64,000 bases of DNA from Paraphysomonas bandaiensis (GCA_965644295.1 CBFFRP010000338.1:186001-250000), one strand, 5' to 3'. Counted from the stretch's first letter, positions 37,923 to 50,057 are shown. A program made the numbers and translations. The notes: a model not told the origin generated them from the sequence alone.

Positions 37923-38843
37923 GATAGTATGTATGTAACACAGTTGATTGTTAATAGTATATGAGTATGTGTTTGTTAATTCATTTCAATAGATTGGTTT
38001 AAATAAGAGTTTAATAGAATGAATATATTCCAGTGTCTTATGTTTGTGATATTATGATATGACTGTTAATGAGATATGGAGAGTGTTATATAGATGACAC
38101 CGTCAGATATATAGAGAGATGTGTACGATCCATCAAATAGTCAATGGAACAAAACTGAAGTATGAAGTGGGGAAGTAAAGAAAATGATAATATATGAAAA
38201 TATACGTAGAATTGATAGAATGAAAATGTTGGTTACACAAAAAAAAAACACTTCAATATTAATTGAATGACGGTCACTTCAAATGACGTTTGTGGTCTTT
38301 TTATAGAGAAAGAGAGTGAATGACGTATGAAATGAGAAAACCTTAGATTTTAGAGTTTATAGCAAAATAAATCGATTTTTCAGGTGAGTACTTTTTTAAG
38401 GTCTGTGTAATCATACAGTAAATATCCTGTTTTCTAAATAAAACCCGGTTTTGTTTTAGCTAATAGAATACTTGGAGCTTTTTGAACCCAGTGGTCTGAC
38501 GAAATCTTAGGGAAACAGTCGTTGTTTTTCCCCATCCCATGTACGACCATTCGAAAAAGTCCACAAACCATACAAAAAATCCATATTTTCTGATAATTTT
38601 TAACATATCCATCCATTTGAAAAAACATGGTCGCATATTTACAGTAGAACACTCTACAAAAAGTTACATTTTTACAGCCTTAAAATCAAGCTTTTTACTA
38701 TAAATCCATATAGTAATGTGCTGTATATTAGAGTATATGATGATGTGTACATACATGACTAACTCACTCACTCACTCCTGCCTCTAGTTCATCATTCCGC
38801 CTACCACACTTATCTCTTATCTATATGCTACAATTAATCAGAT

Positions 38844-39764
38844 ATGTATAAACAGGCAAGATGCCTATATTTTCGTTTAATTTCTTATCAATCACAATGT
38901 CATTTCTCATATTTTAGTAAGAAATTACCAACAGATAAGATACATATACAAGATGTAGATGGTGTGGAACGTGCTATACATTATTATGATGTTATACAAC
39001 ATATTGATTATGGTCATCCACCATTAATAATTTTATGTGGTACAGCACAAAGTATACAAACATGGACACAACATGTGAAACAATTTTCACGTCAACGTCG
39101 TGTGATTATACCTGAATTACGTTGTCAAGGAAACACTGAGTTGTTATCACATTATGGAAATTTAAAACAACAAATATCTGATATAAGAGCATTTTTATTA
39201 CGAAAGAATATATATAAAGTTGATGTTGCTGGATTTAGTTTTGGTGGTCGTGTAGGGATTGGACTTGCAGCAGAACATCCGAGTATGGTCAATAGACTCT
39301 CTGTTACGGGTGTACCTCTATCACGTCCTATACTTGGGAGGCTTATCTTACAGTCATGGAAGGATGGACTCCAGTCTAAAGACTTTAAAGCAACAGCTTG
39401 GTCATGCATTATAAACGGGTGTAGTGGGAGTTTTTTGGCCAAGTATGAACGTAGCATCCCTACTCTTGTGAACGCCGTCATTGAGAACAATGATATGAAC
39501 CGTATGCTGGACCTCATTTCCCACGCAACTAATCTTAGCGATGAGTGTACAACATCTACACACGCCCCACGGGTACAATGTCCTACGCAAATCATTGCCG
39601 CTACAGAGGACAGATTGGCTGGACAGCAATCTGAAAGAGCCCTTGCGAATGCTATTAATGGTAGCCGTTATGATGAAATTGAACATTGTGGCCACATGTC
39701 ACCGTTTGAGCGTCCTATTGAATGGAGAAAACTTACATTGGATTTTTTTTCAACGACTGATTAA
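38844..39764 (+). CDS. Alpha/beta-fold hydrolase
   Basis: Nucleophile elbow GFSFGG, acid ATEDRL and His CGHMSPFERP. Possible mitochondrial presequence. Confidence 0.9.
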   Translation: MYKQARCLYFRLISYQSQCHFSYFSKKLPTDKIHIQDVDGVERAIHYYDVIQHIDYGHPPLIILCGTAQSIQTWTQHVKQFSRQRRVIIPELRCQGNTELLSHYGNLKQQISDIRAFLLRKNIYKVDVAGFSFGGRVGIGLAAEHPSMVNRLSVTGVPLSRPILGRLILQSWKDGLQSKDFKATAWSCIINGCSGSFLAKYERSIPTLVNAVIENNDMNRMLDLISHATNLSDECTTSTHAPRVQCPTQIIAATEDRLAGQQSERALANAINGSRYDEIEHCGHMSPFERPIEWRKLTLDFFSTTD

Positions 39765-40345
39765 ACATCGTGCATATAGATGGTATAAATTATCACGGTA
39801 GTCCGCTCTATTGTGTCAACACTGCTGGATGTATTGAGTGGTTTATCGGGTGATAGCTGAAAATGTATCCCTCGCAGCCTGTGTACGATGCATAGCTATG
39901 TTGCCCCCTTTCTGATATGTAAATTCTTTTATTCTCTCGACATATACTGTTATTGCCATATTATGTTATATATATTATTCGCCCTTTTTGAACTATCTAC
40001 CCTTTGACATTTAGTAATGAACATGCTATATTATCTGGTGACGACGCGTTGTGGATCCTTTGTTGTTGCCTCGTGTCTGTAATGTAGTTCTGAACAAGAC
40101 ACTCGCGAGAAATATATGGTACATTCTTTCTGTCTGTAATTTAATAATAAAGCTCGCCGCAAACATAGAAAATGAATAATGATAATTAATGGATCATCAC
40201 TTATTGTGATCCTTCAATTTCACAAATTAGGAATGTCATACCTTATTTTCTATCTGCAATTAAATTAATTGGTTTAAAAAATAATAATTACAATTACTAA
40301 TATTGGTAAATTTTGAGAACTATATAGCATCTTGATTGGCTGTAC

Positions 40346-40461
40346 CAGGGCCTGATAATCATTAATGGTAGTCCAGTTCCCGGCAATTATAATGGCATGG
40401 CATTAATAAAAAATGTCCCGGCAATTATAATGGCATTACCATTAATGGTTACCAGGCCCTG
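40346..40461. mobile_element. 116-bp hAT MITE nested in an older family-B element
   Basis: TIRs CAGGGCCTGATAATCATTAATGGTA / TACCATTAATGGTTACCAGGCCCTG. Perfect TSD GGCTGTAC. The rejoined flanks match the family-B motif ATCAGTAGCT..AAGATGCTATATAG on the minus strand. Confidence 0.9.
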
Positions 40462-40822
40462 GGCTGTACAGCTACTGATAATAAGTAGATAGGAAGGATG
40501 TACAAGCCCATGATACGTTGGCACAGAAGAACCAATCCACCCCCTCGCCTATGTATCTCAGGTTAGGAACACTCCACTCACTAATTCAGAATCCTATGCC
40601 TCCACAAAATCCTGCAGAGGCCTAACCCAAGGGGCGCCCCCTTGAACAATCCCATCTGCACTGAAAGGACTCACGTCCATTGAGATCTCCTCTCTCCCAC
40701 ACATATAAGAACGGAAGTGGTCGCACCTTGGTGCTTGCGGCGACGCACAAACAGCTTTCGTAGCGTTACATAGTAGGATATGAGAATTAGTTTTGTCGAG
40801 AGAGAACATATATATAATATCC

Positions 40823-41690
40823 CAGGGCCTGGTTAATGTCCCATTAATGGTAGTCCAGTTCCCGGCAACTGTAATGGCATTAATGAAAAATGTCCTGGCA
40901 ATTATAATGGCCACTAATAGCTACTAACTTAAAAAGTAGATAACACCACTCATATAATACATAGTGTTGTGTTCCCTTAGTTACTAATTCTTAGTTACAT
41001 AGCAGACTACAAATTTTAACTACACTTCTCGCTCTCTACTGGCACATCAGGATCCTCTTGCAGAGCTTCATGGAGGGTATAAGCATCCCACAACATATAA
41101 TTGACTCGTAGGAATAGCAAAGATTCTAGACGATATGGATTCATGTTTCTACGCTCAGGTGTTATAATCAACTTTGCACGACTAAAGAGCCTCTCAACAA
41201 CATTAGATTGTGCTTCAATATGAATCAAGCAGCGGTAGTTGGACTCATAGGTACTAAGCCGAGCTCACTTGGTGACCTTGGCACTGTCCAGAACACGCTG
41301 TGATAAATCAGTTCCTTCACTCTCGTCCTCGTTATTTCTGTCAGGTACACCAACCTCCATGGATAAATCCAGTTGCAGATGTCTAACTGCTCTTTCTCTC
41401 ATTACCTGTCAACTCTCTTTTATCGTTCCCTTGAATTTTAGCCACTGCCTTCTCAAAATTTGCACTGGCAATAAGGCTTTCATTCGTGGAAAGGTATGGA
41501 TGCAGCACTGGAAATTCTTGTAGCAGCATATCGAATAACTGGCGGGTTGGTACAAATGGGTTCCATCTCTTTGTAAGGCCAGCGTAACAATCTGTAATTT
41601 TTCAAGTTGCGTCTAATATTGTTTCAGATCTCGAAATTTAGCTGGAGTAAGAATCTTATCTACCAGGGTGCTCGGGAAATTATATTCACC
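40823..41690 (-). pseudogene. hAT transposon 3' end with a disrupted transposase (dimerisation domain)
   Basis: 41016-41228 encodes SNVVERLFSRAKLIITPERRNMNPYRLESLLFLRVNYMLW. TIR CAGGGCCTGG at 40823 and subterminal sequence are shared with the 40346 MITE. Confidence 0.85.
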
Positions 41691-41699
41691 AAGAAAATG

Positions 41700-41805
41700 A
41701 TGCAGTTTTACGTATTTAACTAGCATGTTGTATGTTTCCAGGAGAAATATATCCGGTACTTATCCCAGGACACCACAACAAGGTGCGAATCCGACTTTTT
41801 GTTGA
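41700..41805. mobile_element. SINE-like element, short copy 5
   Basis: CCGGTACTTATCCCAGGACACCACAACAAGGTGCGAATCCGACTTTTTGTTGA matches 4236-4284. Confidence 0.7.
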
Positions 41806-42069
41806 TAGTGCCAGAACGCAACCAATGTTAGTGAGATTTTGTTTCACAGAGGCTAACATTATTGAAACTTTTTTTGCATGCGAATTATTGAGTTTTGCAT
41901 ATTTAATAGCAATTATGACAGTTAGTTGAAAACTGTAGAATATGAAATAATGATATCATATATTATATGAAAAATGTTAGAGGAAATCCGAAATACTGTG
42001 AAATTAGAGAAGTTGAATATAGTTTTACTAATAATTGATTTGTGAGTGCGTTCAGCCAGTTACTTTCGA

Positions 42070-42252
42070 TATTTCACCATTCAAACGACAAACACCTAAA
42101 TTGCTGATGTCTCTGCGTGCAAATCGGCATCGTTGAGTTGTGAAAGCTATAGAATAGAAAATATTCCATAATTGGTTGCTTCGTGGTAAGTAATTGCAAT
42201 TATTATTGTAGGATACTTTTCACCAATTAGTTACCACTTGATACGCCAGCGT
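42070..42252 (-). mobile_element. Family-B hAT MITE fragment
   Basis: CTGATGTCTCTGCGTGCAAATCGGCATC is an inverted match to 35268-35298. Ends TTGATACGCCAGCGTG. Confidence 0.6.
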
Positions 42253-42420
42253 GGCAACTCGATATAAACTCGATAGTTTCTATACATGATTGCGTTTTAC
42301 GTTTGGTATTATATACAGGCAAAACGAAATAAGTACTACACTACTATAATAAGGTCGAGGTAGATTACTGAGGATCACGTAAGACATTGACCATTATCAA
42401 AGTCTCGAAGCCACTCGCAA

Positions 42421-45056
42421 CTACGCTTGTCTGTCTATAACATCCACGTTCTGATCTTGAACAACAAGAGAAATACCTAACTGTACTTTTGGATCTAAAA
42501 AGTCTAATATTCGCAATGCGGCCTCGTTCTGTTCGCAAGAGTCTAAGTACACAGAAGTGTCTACGGGTGCACTCTTTTCATATACGGAGACTTCATGAGG
42601 ATCTCTGAACACAAAGGCCTCAAAATCCTGCAATGCATGTTACAATGAGAGATATAGAAGAGATATTAGAAATGCACCTTTGCTGTTATATACTTAGACT
42701 TCGACTTACACAATACTCCGTACAAATAACGTAACTTTTGCTGTGTCAGGTGTATATTTGAGTTGATGACTAAACTCTGAAATTCATCCCAGTGAAGCGT
42801 GATGCCGTCCACGCTATACTCTTCAAACAAATTATTTAGTGCCACCTTTGGATGAGGAGAATCTTTCACTAAATTCATGCAAAGCTCTCTGAAAAAACGT
42901 TTCGTTGCAGCGTTAGACTCTGTTTTCTCTACTACCGCAGAAACAATATCAAGGTCTAGCTGGCTCAGTGCTTTGAGTACAGAAGAAGCTTTGATGGCCA
43001 GATAAAGGAAAGGAAATGTGAGAAGCGGCGGTAGAGCGGATAGAATGATAAGCATCACAGCATCTGAGCTGCTTTTCAGCTTCAGAATAAACATCAAAAA
43101 GTTTGTAACCCACCATGCAAGATAAAGTGAGTTGCATGTGATTACTACACTCATGAGGCCAAAGTAGAGTTGAGGCATGCCGAACAAAAACACATCATCA
43201 AATATAATTTTTCCGGAGTTCTTTTTCAGCAGTTCCTTGAAATCTGATTTCCCTTCTCTCATTCTCGTCAAACCACTCATTCGAGACATAAAACTCTGAC
43301 GAGCTTTGGACATTTTCTTTGACATTTTTCTGACTCGAGGGCCTGGCTCTTTTCCCTGCCCACCACCAATTAGAGAGAGTAATCCTGAAGCTCTCCGTTG
43401 ACTGGAACTTTCAGAATTCTTTTTGTCTACTGGATGCGAACTCAAAATCGGTTTTGGAGCACGATTTCCTGCGGACTGCCTCAGTGGGTTCCACCCGGCA
43501 CCGCTACCGGAGAATCGCGTAGCAACCGCTCCTCCAGACATACGAATAGGTACCATTTCATTGGTAGTACTTTCGGAAAGTGTCTGCACAGCTTGTGAAA
43601 CAAAAGGCTGGTGGCTTCGCTCCGACACTTTATTTTCTTCGATCAATCCGCCACTTTCACCCAGAGCACCCTCAGAAACATCCTCTGCTGATGGGACACG
43701 TATTACAAAGCCCTGTCCAATAGAAGAACGTCGAATACGAGGATAAGGGGCTGGTGTATATACATCTTTTATCGGTGATGGGACCTGCTGAATGGTTTCT
43801 GTCGCTTCACTCTCGGGTGAAATTTCTAGTACATGGTCTTCAACATTGTCTATAGTCTGCACAGTCATGTCCCCGCATTTCGGGGACATTTCCATGGCCA
43901 CTCGATCCGTAACACCGCTAGATTGTGTCAACATTTCTCTCTTCTGTGGACTTTCTTTCACAGAGCCTAAAGTAGATAAAGGTGACACTCTGGGTCGACT
44001 TAACAGTGATTTCGTCATCAACTTCGCAGACTCAGTACTGCGACGGGTATTAATCCGCCTCTTGAGTCGTTTACTCTCTTTCATATTCTCGGCTTCAGTG
44101 ATATACTCGGTGATAGCAGCTTTGACGGCACTAGAGTGAACGCTTTTTTTTGCCATTAGATGTCGTGTTTTTTCCTCTACTTTTAGAAACACACTATAAT
44201 CAGCCACACTCTGAGGACCAGCCTTACTCAGCAGCCGCAGTTCTGATATACGCCCGCACACCAAGAGGATGAGGGAGAGTACTGTGTTTACGAACCCGAG
44301 AATAATGAGAATGAAAATTTCTTCCTGAACTTCGCACCGAGTGCTGGTGCACATTGATTCATACAACTCGATCTTTAACGCGGGAAGAAGGGTAACAAGA
44401 ATTATTATCACCCATTTTTCTGGACGAATTTCAATAATGGACAGAATATTAGCCTCATGTGACATTCGCAAAAACATTCCAAAGTCAAACTCTTGACTAC
44501 GCGTACTTATGTTGTAGGTACTTGAAAATATACTTTGAATAATTCTAAATTCTGCTTGCTCACGAACGTCACAAAACGGTAATAAAATACATCTCCAGAG
44601 CATCGGTTGCTGTTTCTCTACAGCAGCGATTTGCTTTTGTAGATCATGAGATGAGATCTCAGCCGCCAACGACCAGACACGAGACTGGTGCAGCGACCCA
44701 AGCATGATGAATAACCCTTGTAGACAGAAAAATACAGCCATAATAAAGGAACACACATCTGCATATCCGAATGCCAAATACATACCACCAGCAAGGTCTG
44801 CTTTAGTGGAATTAAGTATAGTATAGCCGAAGGCAGCCAAACCAACCATCATAATCTCTCTGTATATTCTCTGAAGCATTAAATGATACGCTGTCCCATA
44901 AGTTGATCTTTCCAAACAATTTAAACATTCTCCACAAAATGTCATATAAAATGCAACAATAGAAAAAGCACATAGAAGATGCCATCCATTGTCTATAAGA
45001 GAGCCATATCCGAATACACCATGAGGGGACTCCTCTGATAGAGTTGTATTAGTCAT
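42421..45056 (-). CDS. MLO-like seven-transmembrane protein with degenerate C-terminal EF-hand-like motifs
   Basis: LQRIYREIMMVG, FDFGMFLRMSHEANILSIIEIRPEKW and DDVFLFGMPQL..ITCNSLYLAWW parallel conserved MLO blocks. 50-nt intron at 42628-42677. Confidence 0.7.
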
Positions 45057-45913
45057 AATGATTGTATTGATATGTTTACTAATGTATAGATATGTAATTT
45101 ATCATCCGTATATTTGATATTAATTACAATGAGATGATTATATATATATATAACTATATATATGTGTGTATATATGTGTGTATGTGTATGTATCTGTGAG
45201 GAGTTACAGTCAATTAATATACTGATAGAATCATATAGAAAACATGGAATATCATAAAGGTATGCTTAAGGTCTTCTCATGATATTGAATGAAGGGAGAT
45301 TATGTGTTTGGATGGGAGTGTTTAATGGGTGAGAGTTAGTATGAAATTTTCTATATGGGACAGAGGGGTCTAGATGCACCATGTCATCGTACACACCTTT
45401 GGCTATGCCCATCTATCAGACATATTATCCAATAAATTAAGAGATATTATGAAAATAAGTATTTTATTGGATAATATTTTATATTGGTTAATATATCTGG
45501 ATGGTTCTAGATTTTATCCTTTATTTCATTAAAAAGTCACTTTTTTCACTTTTCGCTGAAAAAATGATGACTTTTCAATGAAACAATTCTATTTTTTCGA
45601 TATGCAAAGCCACCCTTTTGCTAATCCACGACTGTGGTACGTAAAATCCTTAATTTTGTGTAATGGTTCTGAAATAGCCTATATTTTATCCCAAATCTTC
45701 ATAAAATACAGGATTTAGAATAATATCATGCGATAAATGGACGTTACTGTTGTACAGAGTCCTGCTGTGTACATGATATCATATACATACATACATATAT
45801 GTAGCTATATATCCACAGCAGATAACTTTAATGCAATGGATATATCTGATATAATTCATTGATTGAGTAATCAAAAAGCTCTAATTTCTATTGATCACTA
45901 TATATATTAGAAG

Positions 45914-46933
45914 ATGCATTCTTCTGACGTATATATGATGTGGCTTGTGCCCTGTGTACTGTCCTTTACTGCCTCTCTGGCTATGCTATGCAATGTAATA
46001 TTCACACCAGAATGTCGGAATCAATTTTTTCAACAATTATCAGGCCTTATGGCTATTGCAGATATGATACAAACCAGCGCGAAGTTTCCTGGAAATTACG
46101 GGAAGCCCGAATCGCCATACATACTTTGCTGCATTGAAAATTATATGCTACAAATCGGTGTCATGTATAAACTATCACTTGTTATCGTAATGTGCGGTGT
46201 CTCTATGTTCATTATATTCGAGCTAAAAATTCCAGAGAAGAAGTTTACTTTACTTGGATATAGCCTTTTTCTTACTACTCTCCTGCTGATTGCATCTTTG
46301 CATTTTCAAACTGCCAATGTATATTGTCACAATGAGGAGTTCCATTATTCGAATGCATCAAGAAAGAATCGTATATCTGCAATAATGCTATATTCTTTAA
46401 TATTTTTACCGCTGTTGGCATCTATAATTGTGTTAAGTGCATTCTGCATAGCTGTGGATCGAAAATTCTACAGAATGATGTCCACTCTAAATCCTCGATT
46501 GAAATCGCTTTTGATGCGATTTAAATTATTTCCTATCGTATTTGTCATATGTTTTCTTCCGGCCACCTTAGACCTTATTCTATTCTCTCTTGCAAATCAT
46601 GGTAGCACGACAATACATGTGTTGTCTGGAATCGGCGTTTCTATAAATGGTTTCATAATTGCAGTTTCGTACTTCTACTACCAGAAGACCTACCCTACCT
46701 GTGTTACCTGGATAATAAAATACTTCAACAACAGCAACCTACTTGTTGATTGTGCCACGACAGGTGGGGGGCTGCAGTCGTCTTTAATAGATAGCACAAC
46801 TGCGTTTTCAAGAGAGTGTTACAATGATGAATCCGAATCGTCTGAGAATGAACTTCCTGCAGAAAGCGATGTTATATACGCTCCTGACTTGATGGAATTT
46901 AGCGACTGTAGTAGTAAGGATATTACACAGTGA
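45914..46933 (+). CDS. 7TM GPCR-like protein (cAMP-receptor/GCR1/Git3-like)
   Basis: Seven hydrophobic segments, MAIADMIQ in TM2, Cys at the top of TM3, RFKLFPIVFVICFLPA in TM6 and NGFIIAVSY in TM7. Acidic tail. Confidence 0.75.
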   Translation: MHSSDVYMMWLVPCVLSFTASLAMLCNVIFTPECRNQFFQQLSGLMAIADMIQTSAKFPGNYGKPESPYILCCIENYMLQIGVMYKLSLVIVMCGVSMFIIFELKIPEKKFTLLGYSLFLTTLLLIASLHFQTANVYCHNEEFHYSNASRKNRISAIMLYSLIFLPLLASIIVLSAFCIAVDRKFYRMMSTLNPRLKSLLMRFKLFPIVFVICFLPATLDLILFSLANHGSTTIHVLSGIGVSINGFIIAVSYFYYQKTYPTCVTWIIKYFNNSNLLVDCATTGGGLQSSLIDSTTAFSRECYNDESESSENELPAESDVIYAPDLMEFSDCSSKDITQ

Positions 46934-47173
46934 TGTGGTAGTGTTGGATTACTAGCTTAATCGACGACATTGCCAATTGATTTGTACTTTCCGTGGGATA
47001 AATAGTGGTGTTGCGTAGGTGTTCTTTGTTTTTTTAATGCACGGTGCATTTTTCAGAAACGCTGTGATATTTGTGATTTAGTCTTTCTGCCCTTTTGTGA
47101 AATACAATTTAAAGTTATAATTAAACGAACACGAATTTCGTACTATATGAATAGATATTTATATATTTTACCA

Positions 47174-47570
47174 CAGGGCTGCATACTAAGTGGTAACACT
47201 CGTAGCTCCAGTGAATAATCTTTGAATTTGATTGGTTGTGGTATTCAAGTGCTTCATGTTGCGGTATCGAGTTTTCTTGTAAAGATGACATTATGAACTA
47301 GTCCCTCACTTCCTCATTGAGCAAATAGATTCTAATTTGACCCTTTTCCATCCGATCGTCAATAAATCTTTCATTCTAGTTTCAGTATAAACTCATTTGA
47401 ACACTTGTTAGTAGTCCTATAGCAAGTTTGAACATTAATTAGCTACGTATAGTTTGTAGTTTGTACCACTTGTGACTTTCTACAGAAACTAATATGCAGC
47501 AACTAAGAACTAATATATTTACTCAAATTGCTGGTATAACAATATTTCAATTAATTGTTACATCGCCCTG
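47174..47570. mobile_element. hAT MITE (family A, degenerate)
   Basis: Termini CAGGGCTGCAT / ACATCGCCCTG. Flanks TTTTACCA / TTGTACCG match at 6/8. Internal CCTCATTGAGCAAA..TAATTTGA is shared with 35077-35104. Confidence 0.65.
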
Positions 47571-47836
47571 TTGTACCGTTAATCGCATGTCAGATGTTAC
47601 CTTGTAATTGGTCGTAGTATATCGCTGGTATCTCCAGTGGACTTATAACAGCAAGTTGTATGGTAAAAGTTAAAAACATATCCTACATGCCTTCTAGAAT
47701 ACATTATATTGCGTAGTGTATGAAAATATTTCACGTCATTCTTTATTTCTATTTTACAATGTGATAAACTTTATTAACAAAATCTACATAGAATTTCAGA
47801 TTAACACATCCACAACATATATTACAAAGGTATATA

Positions 47837-48631
47837 TCAGCATTTATAGGGTGATGTCCAATTTCGAATTTCTATCTGTTTTGCAATTAGAAGAGATGTT
47901 TCAGCTGTTTGATGCCTAGGATCATTGGGCTTTAAGTGTGTTTCATCATCTTGTATATGCTCACATACATCAAGCATAGGTAAGTTGAAGTACATCGCGG
48001 CTTTTCGAATGATACTATTCAGTTCTAATGAGTGTTGTCTGTAAAGCCATTCCTTCCTCGGAAAATGCATTGTCTGTAATACGAGAATATCTTGTGGTCT
48101 AAGCTCCCTTAAAATTTCAACAACAATTGTAGAGTAATCCATAGCATACTCGTCATAAAAGTTCTTTGTGCTTTGTGTCGGTAGATATCTTGTTGCATCC
48201 CACAGATTGGAATTGAATATAAAGATTACAGCATCCAAGTTTTTCGCTGAGCGCTTCTGAAACTCTTTTAATCCCAAGATAATATTATGTCTCGAGTTTA
48301 CTGTTTGATATCGTGTTCTAAACCCATCCCATGCTGGATTATATTCCTCTGGTCGGATCCCAACACCCCAATGAAAGAGATATCCTATTTGATCAACGAT
48401 ATCTGATAAACATAACATAGGTTTATTTTGATTATAACGAAAATGATTTAATGTTTCAATAGGATTTTTAATATGTGTATTAGGTATAGTACAGTTAAAT
48501 AGTGGGATAAGACCGTCTTTATAGAGCAGTACTGATACACTATCACCCAGAAGGAATATAGAAGCCTTTGAATGTACTAATGCAACACATAGGAAGCAAG
48601 TAAGTACTTTCATGATAATAGATGTGTTCAC
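47837..48631 (-). CDS. Secreted SGNH/GDSL-type hydrolase or acetyltransferase-like protein
   Basis: Signal peptide MKVLTCFLCVALVHS, block I LLGDSV, FNSNLWD and C-terminal DPRH (DxxH). Confidence 0.7.
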   Translation of the reverse strand: MNTSIIMKVLTCFLCVALVHSKASIFLLGDSVSVLLYKDGLIPLFNCTIPNTHIKNPIETLNHFRYNQNKPMLCLSDIVDQIGYLFHWGVGIRPEEYNPAWDGFRTRYQTVNSRHNIILGLKEFQKRSAKNLDAVIFIFNSNLWDATRYLPTQSTKNFYDEYAMDYSTIVVEILRELRPQDILVLQTMHFPRKEWLYRQHSLELNSIIRKAAMYFNLPMLDVCEHIQDDETHLKPNDPRHQTAETSLLIAKQIEIRNWTSPYKC

Positions 48632-48794
48632 AGGAACATAACAGGGATATGATAGCTATAGTAAACTGTCTATTCAGGCTGTCATATATGTATGTGTATG
48701 TTCTCGTAAGATCCTTATTAGGTTGTACTCCACTACACTGTAGTGCAGCAGTACAGCAGCAGCAGTACAGAAAAAATAAGATGCTGACTGCCCA

Positions 48795-48950
48795 TACGCA
48801 GTAGATTGGAGATGATAGCATCTTATTATTCGGAAATAAATTGAAGCAAATATCTTCTATAGTACCTACATACAACTACAGCTGGAATACAGAAAAATGT
48901 TGTCTCAATATTAGAGGCATCTTTGAACAAAAATATACAAAGTGCTGCAA
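48795..48950 (-). repeat. ~150-bp dispersed promoter-proximal repeat, copy 2
   Basis: Reverse complement matches 23885-24030 (GCCTCTAATATTGAGACAA..TCTGTATTC..TTCAATTTA.TTCCGAA.AATAAGATGCT). Confidence 0.75.
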
Positions 48951-48984
48951 TAATTTTCTAGGAAGCTATTGCCCCATTCTGAAG

Positions 48985-49500
48985 CACTGCAAATTGAACA
49001 ACCGTGATCCACTCATGGGAGGCACAGCTGTTATCATCAGTGAATGCTGGAAACGCCGACTCTCCTATACCAAGTCAGACTTCACTGGACTTGGTTTGGT
49101 GGGACGACTTGAGTTCAGAACTTCCTCTACGCACACTCTCGTCATAATAAGTGTCTATTTACCGCCGAAACCATCGACGTCAGGTGCCTGTACGTTATGG
49201 AGTAAGTTGACCACACTAGGGAAGACAAACCCGGGCTCCAAGCCTGTCGCCCCCTACGATCTCTTCTGCAATATCACCAAATGGGTCAACAAAGCCCGAG
49301 CCAGGGACCATACTGTAATAATTGCAGGCGACTTTAATGGATCCATGGAAACTAACACGACAGTAGAGACATACGGTCACTAGCTGACAAACTTCAGCTG
49401 TCGGCGCCACTTCTAGAACACCTCCTTTCCCGACAAACATATCACACATTCCACAGACTGGATACACGTCTGGCAATACTGCCCCATATTGACAGCGTAA
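48985..49500 (+). mobile_element. Non-LTR retrotransposon remnant (APE-type endonuclease)
   Basis: GGTAVII, IISVYLPP and IIAGDFN are exonuclease-endonuclease-phosphatase motifs of LINE ORF2. The frame is disrupted afterwards. Confidence 0.8.
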
Positions 49501-50057
49501 CTAATCACTGCGTGCGGCCCTCTAGTGGGTGCTACAGGACTTGTATATGAGAACAGATCTTGTAGGCGAGGTTCATGAGGTAGTCAGTGATCCAGTTGGC
49601 TTCATCACACCACTTTACACCGACTGCAGAAGGTGTACACGTGTTGAAGTCGGCGACGAAGTTGGGACATCCACTATGACCTAATGCCAATAGATGAACC
49701 GTGTGGTAGTGTTCCACTGCAATGTCGGGAAAACAGTGATACATTCAACATCACTATGCATTTTGGTTCCTGTCACCGAGTATGTTGTGCACTCGGACTG
49801 GCTAATACTGGATATCGGGTGTAATATATACAGGTTGGTGTGTCAACGTCACATACCCCCCCTAAGACACGATGATATATCAATATCTACTGCCCCATTC
49901 CGAGGGCGTGGCCATAGTGTAGGCTGGCTGGTGCCCCACCTAAAACACCGAGATATAGCACTGATTCTACTACCCACCCACCCGTGTACCAACGTAGCTG
50001 ACCACATAGATCACGCGCAGATTCTGCTGTCCCCCCACCTGTGTTAATATTTGCTGA

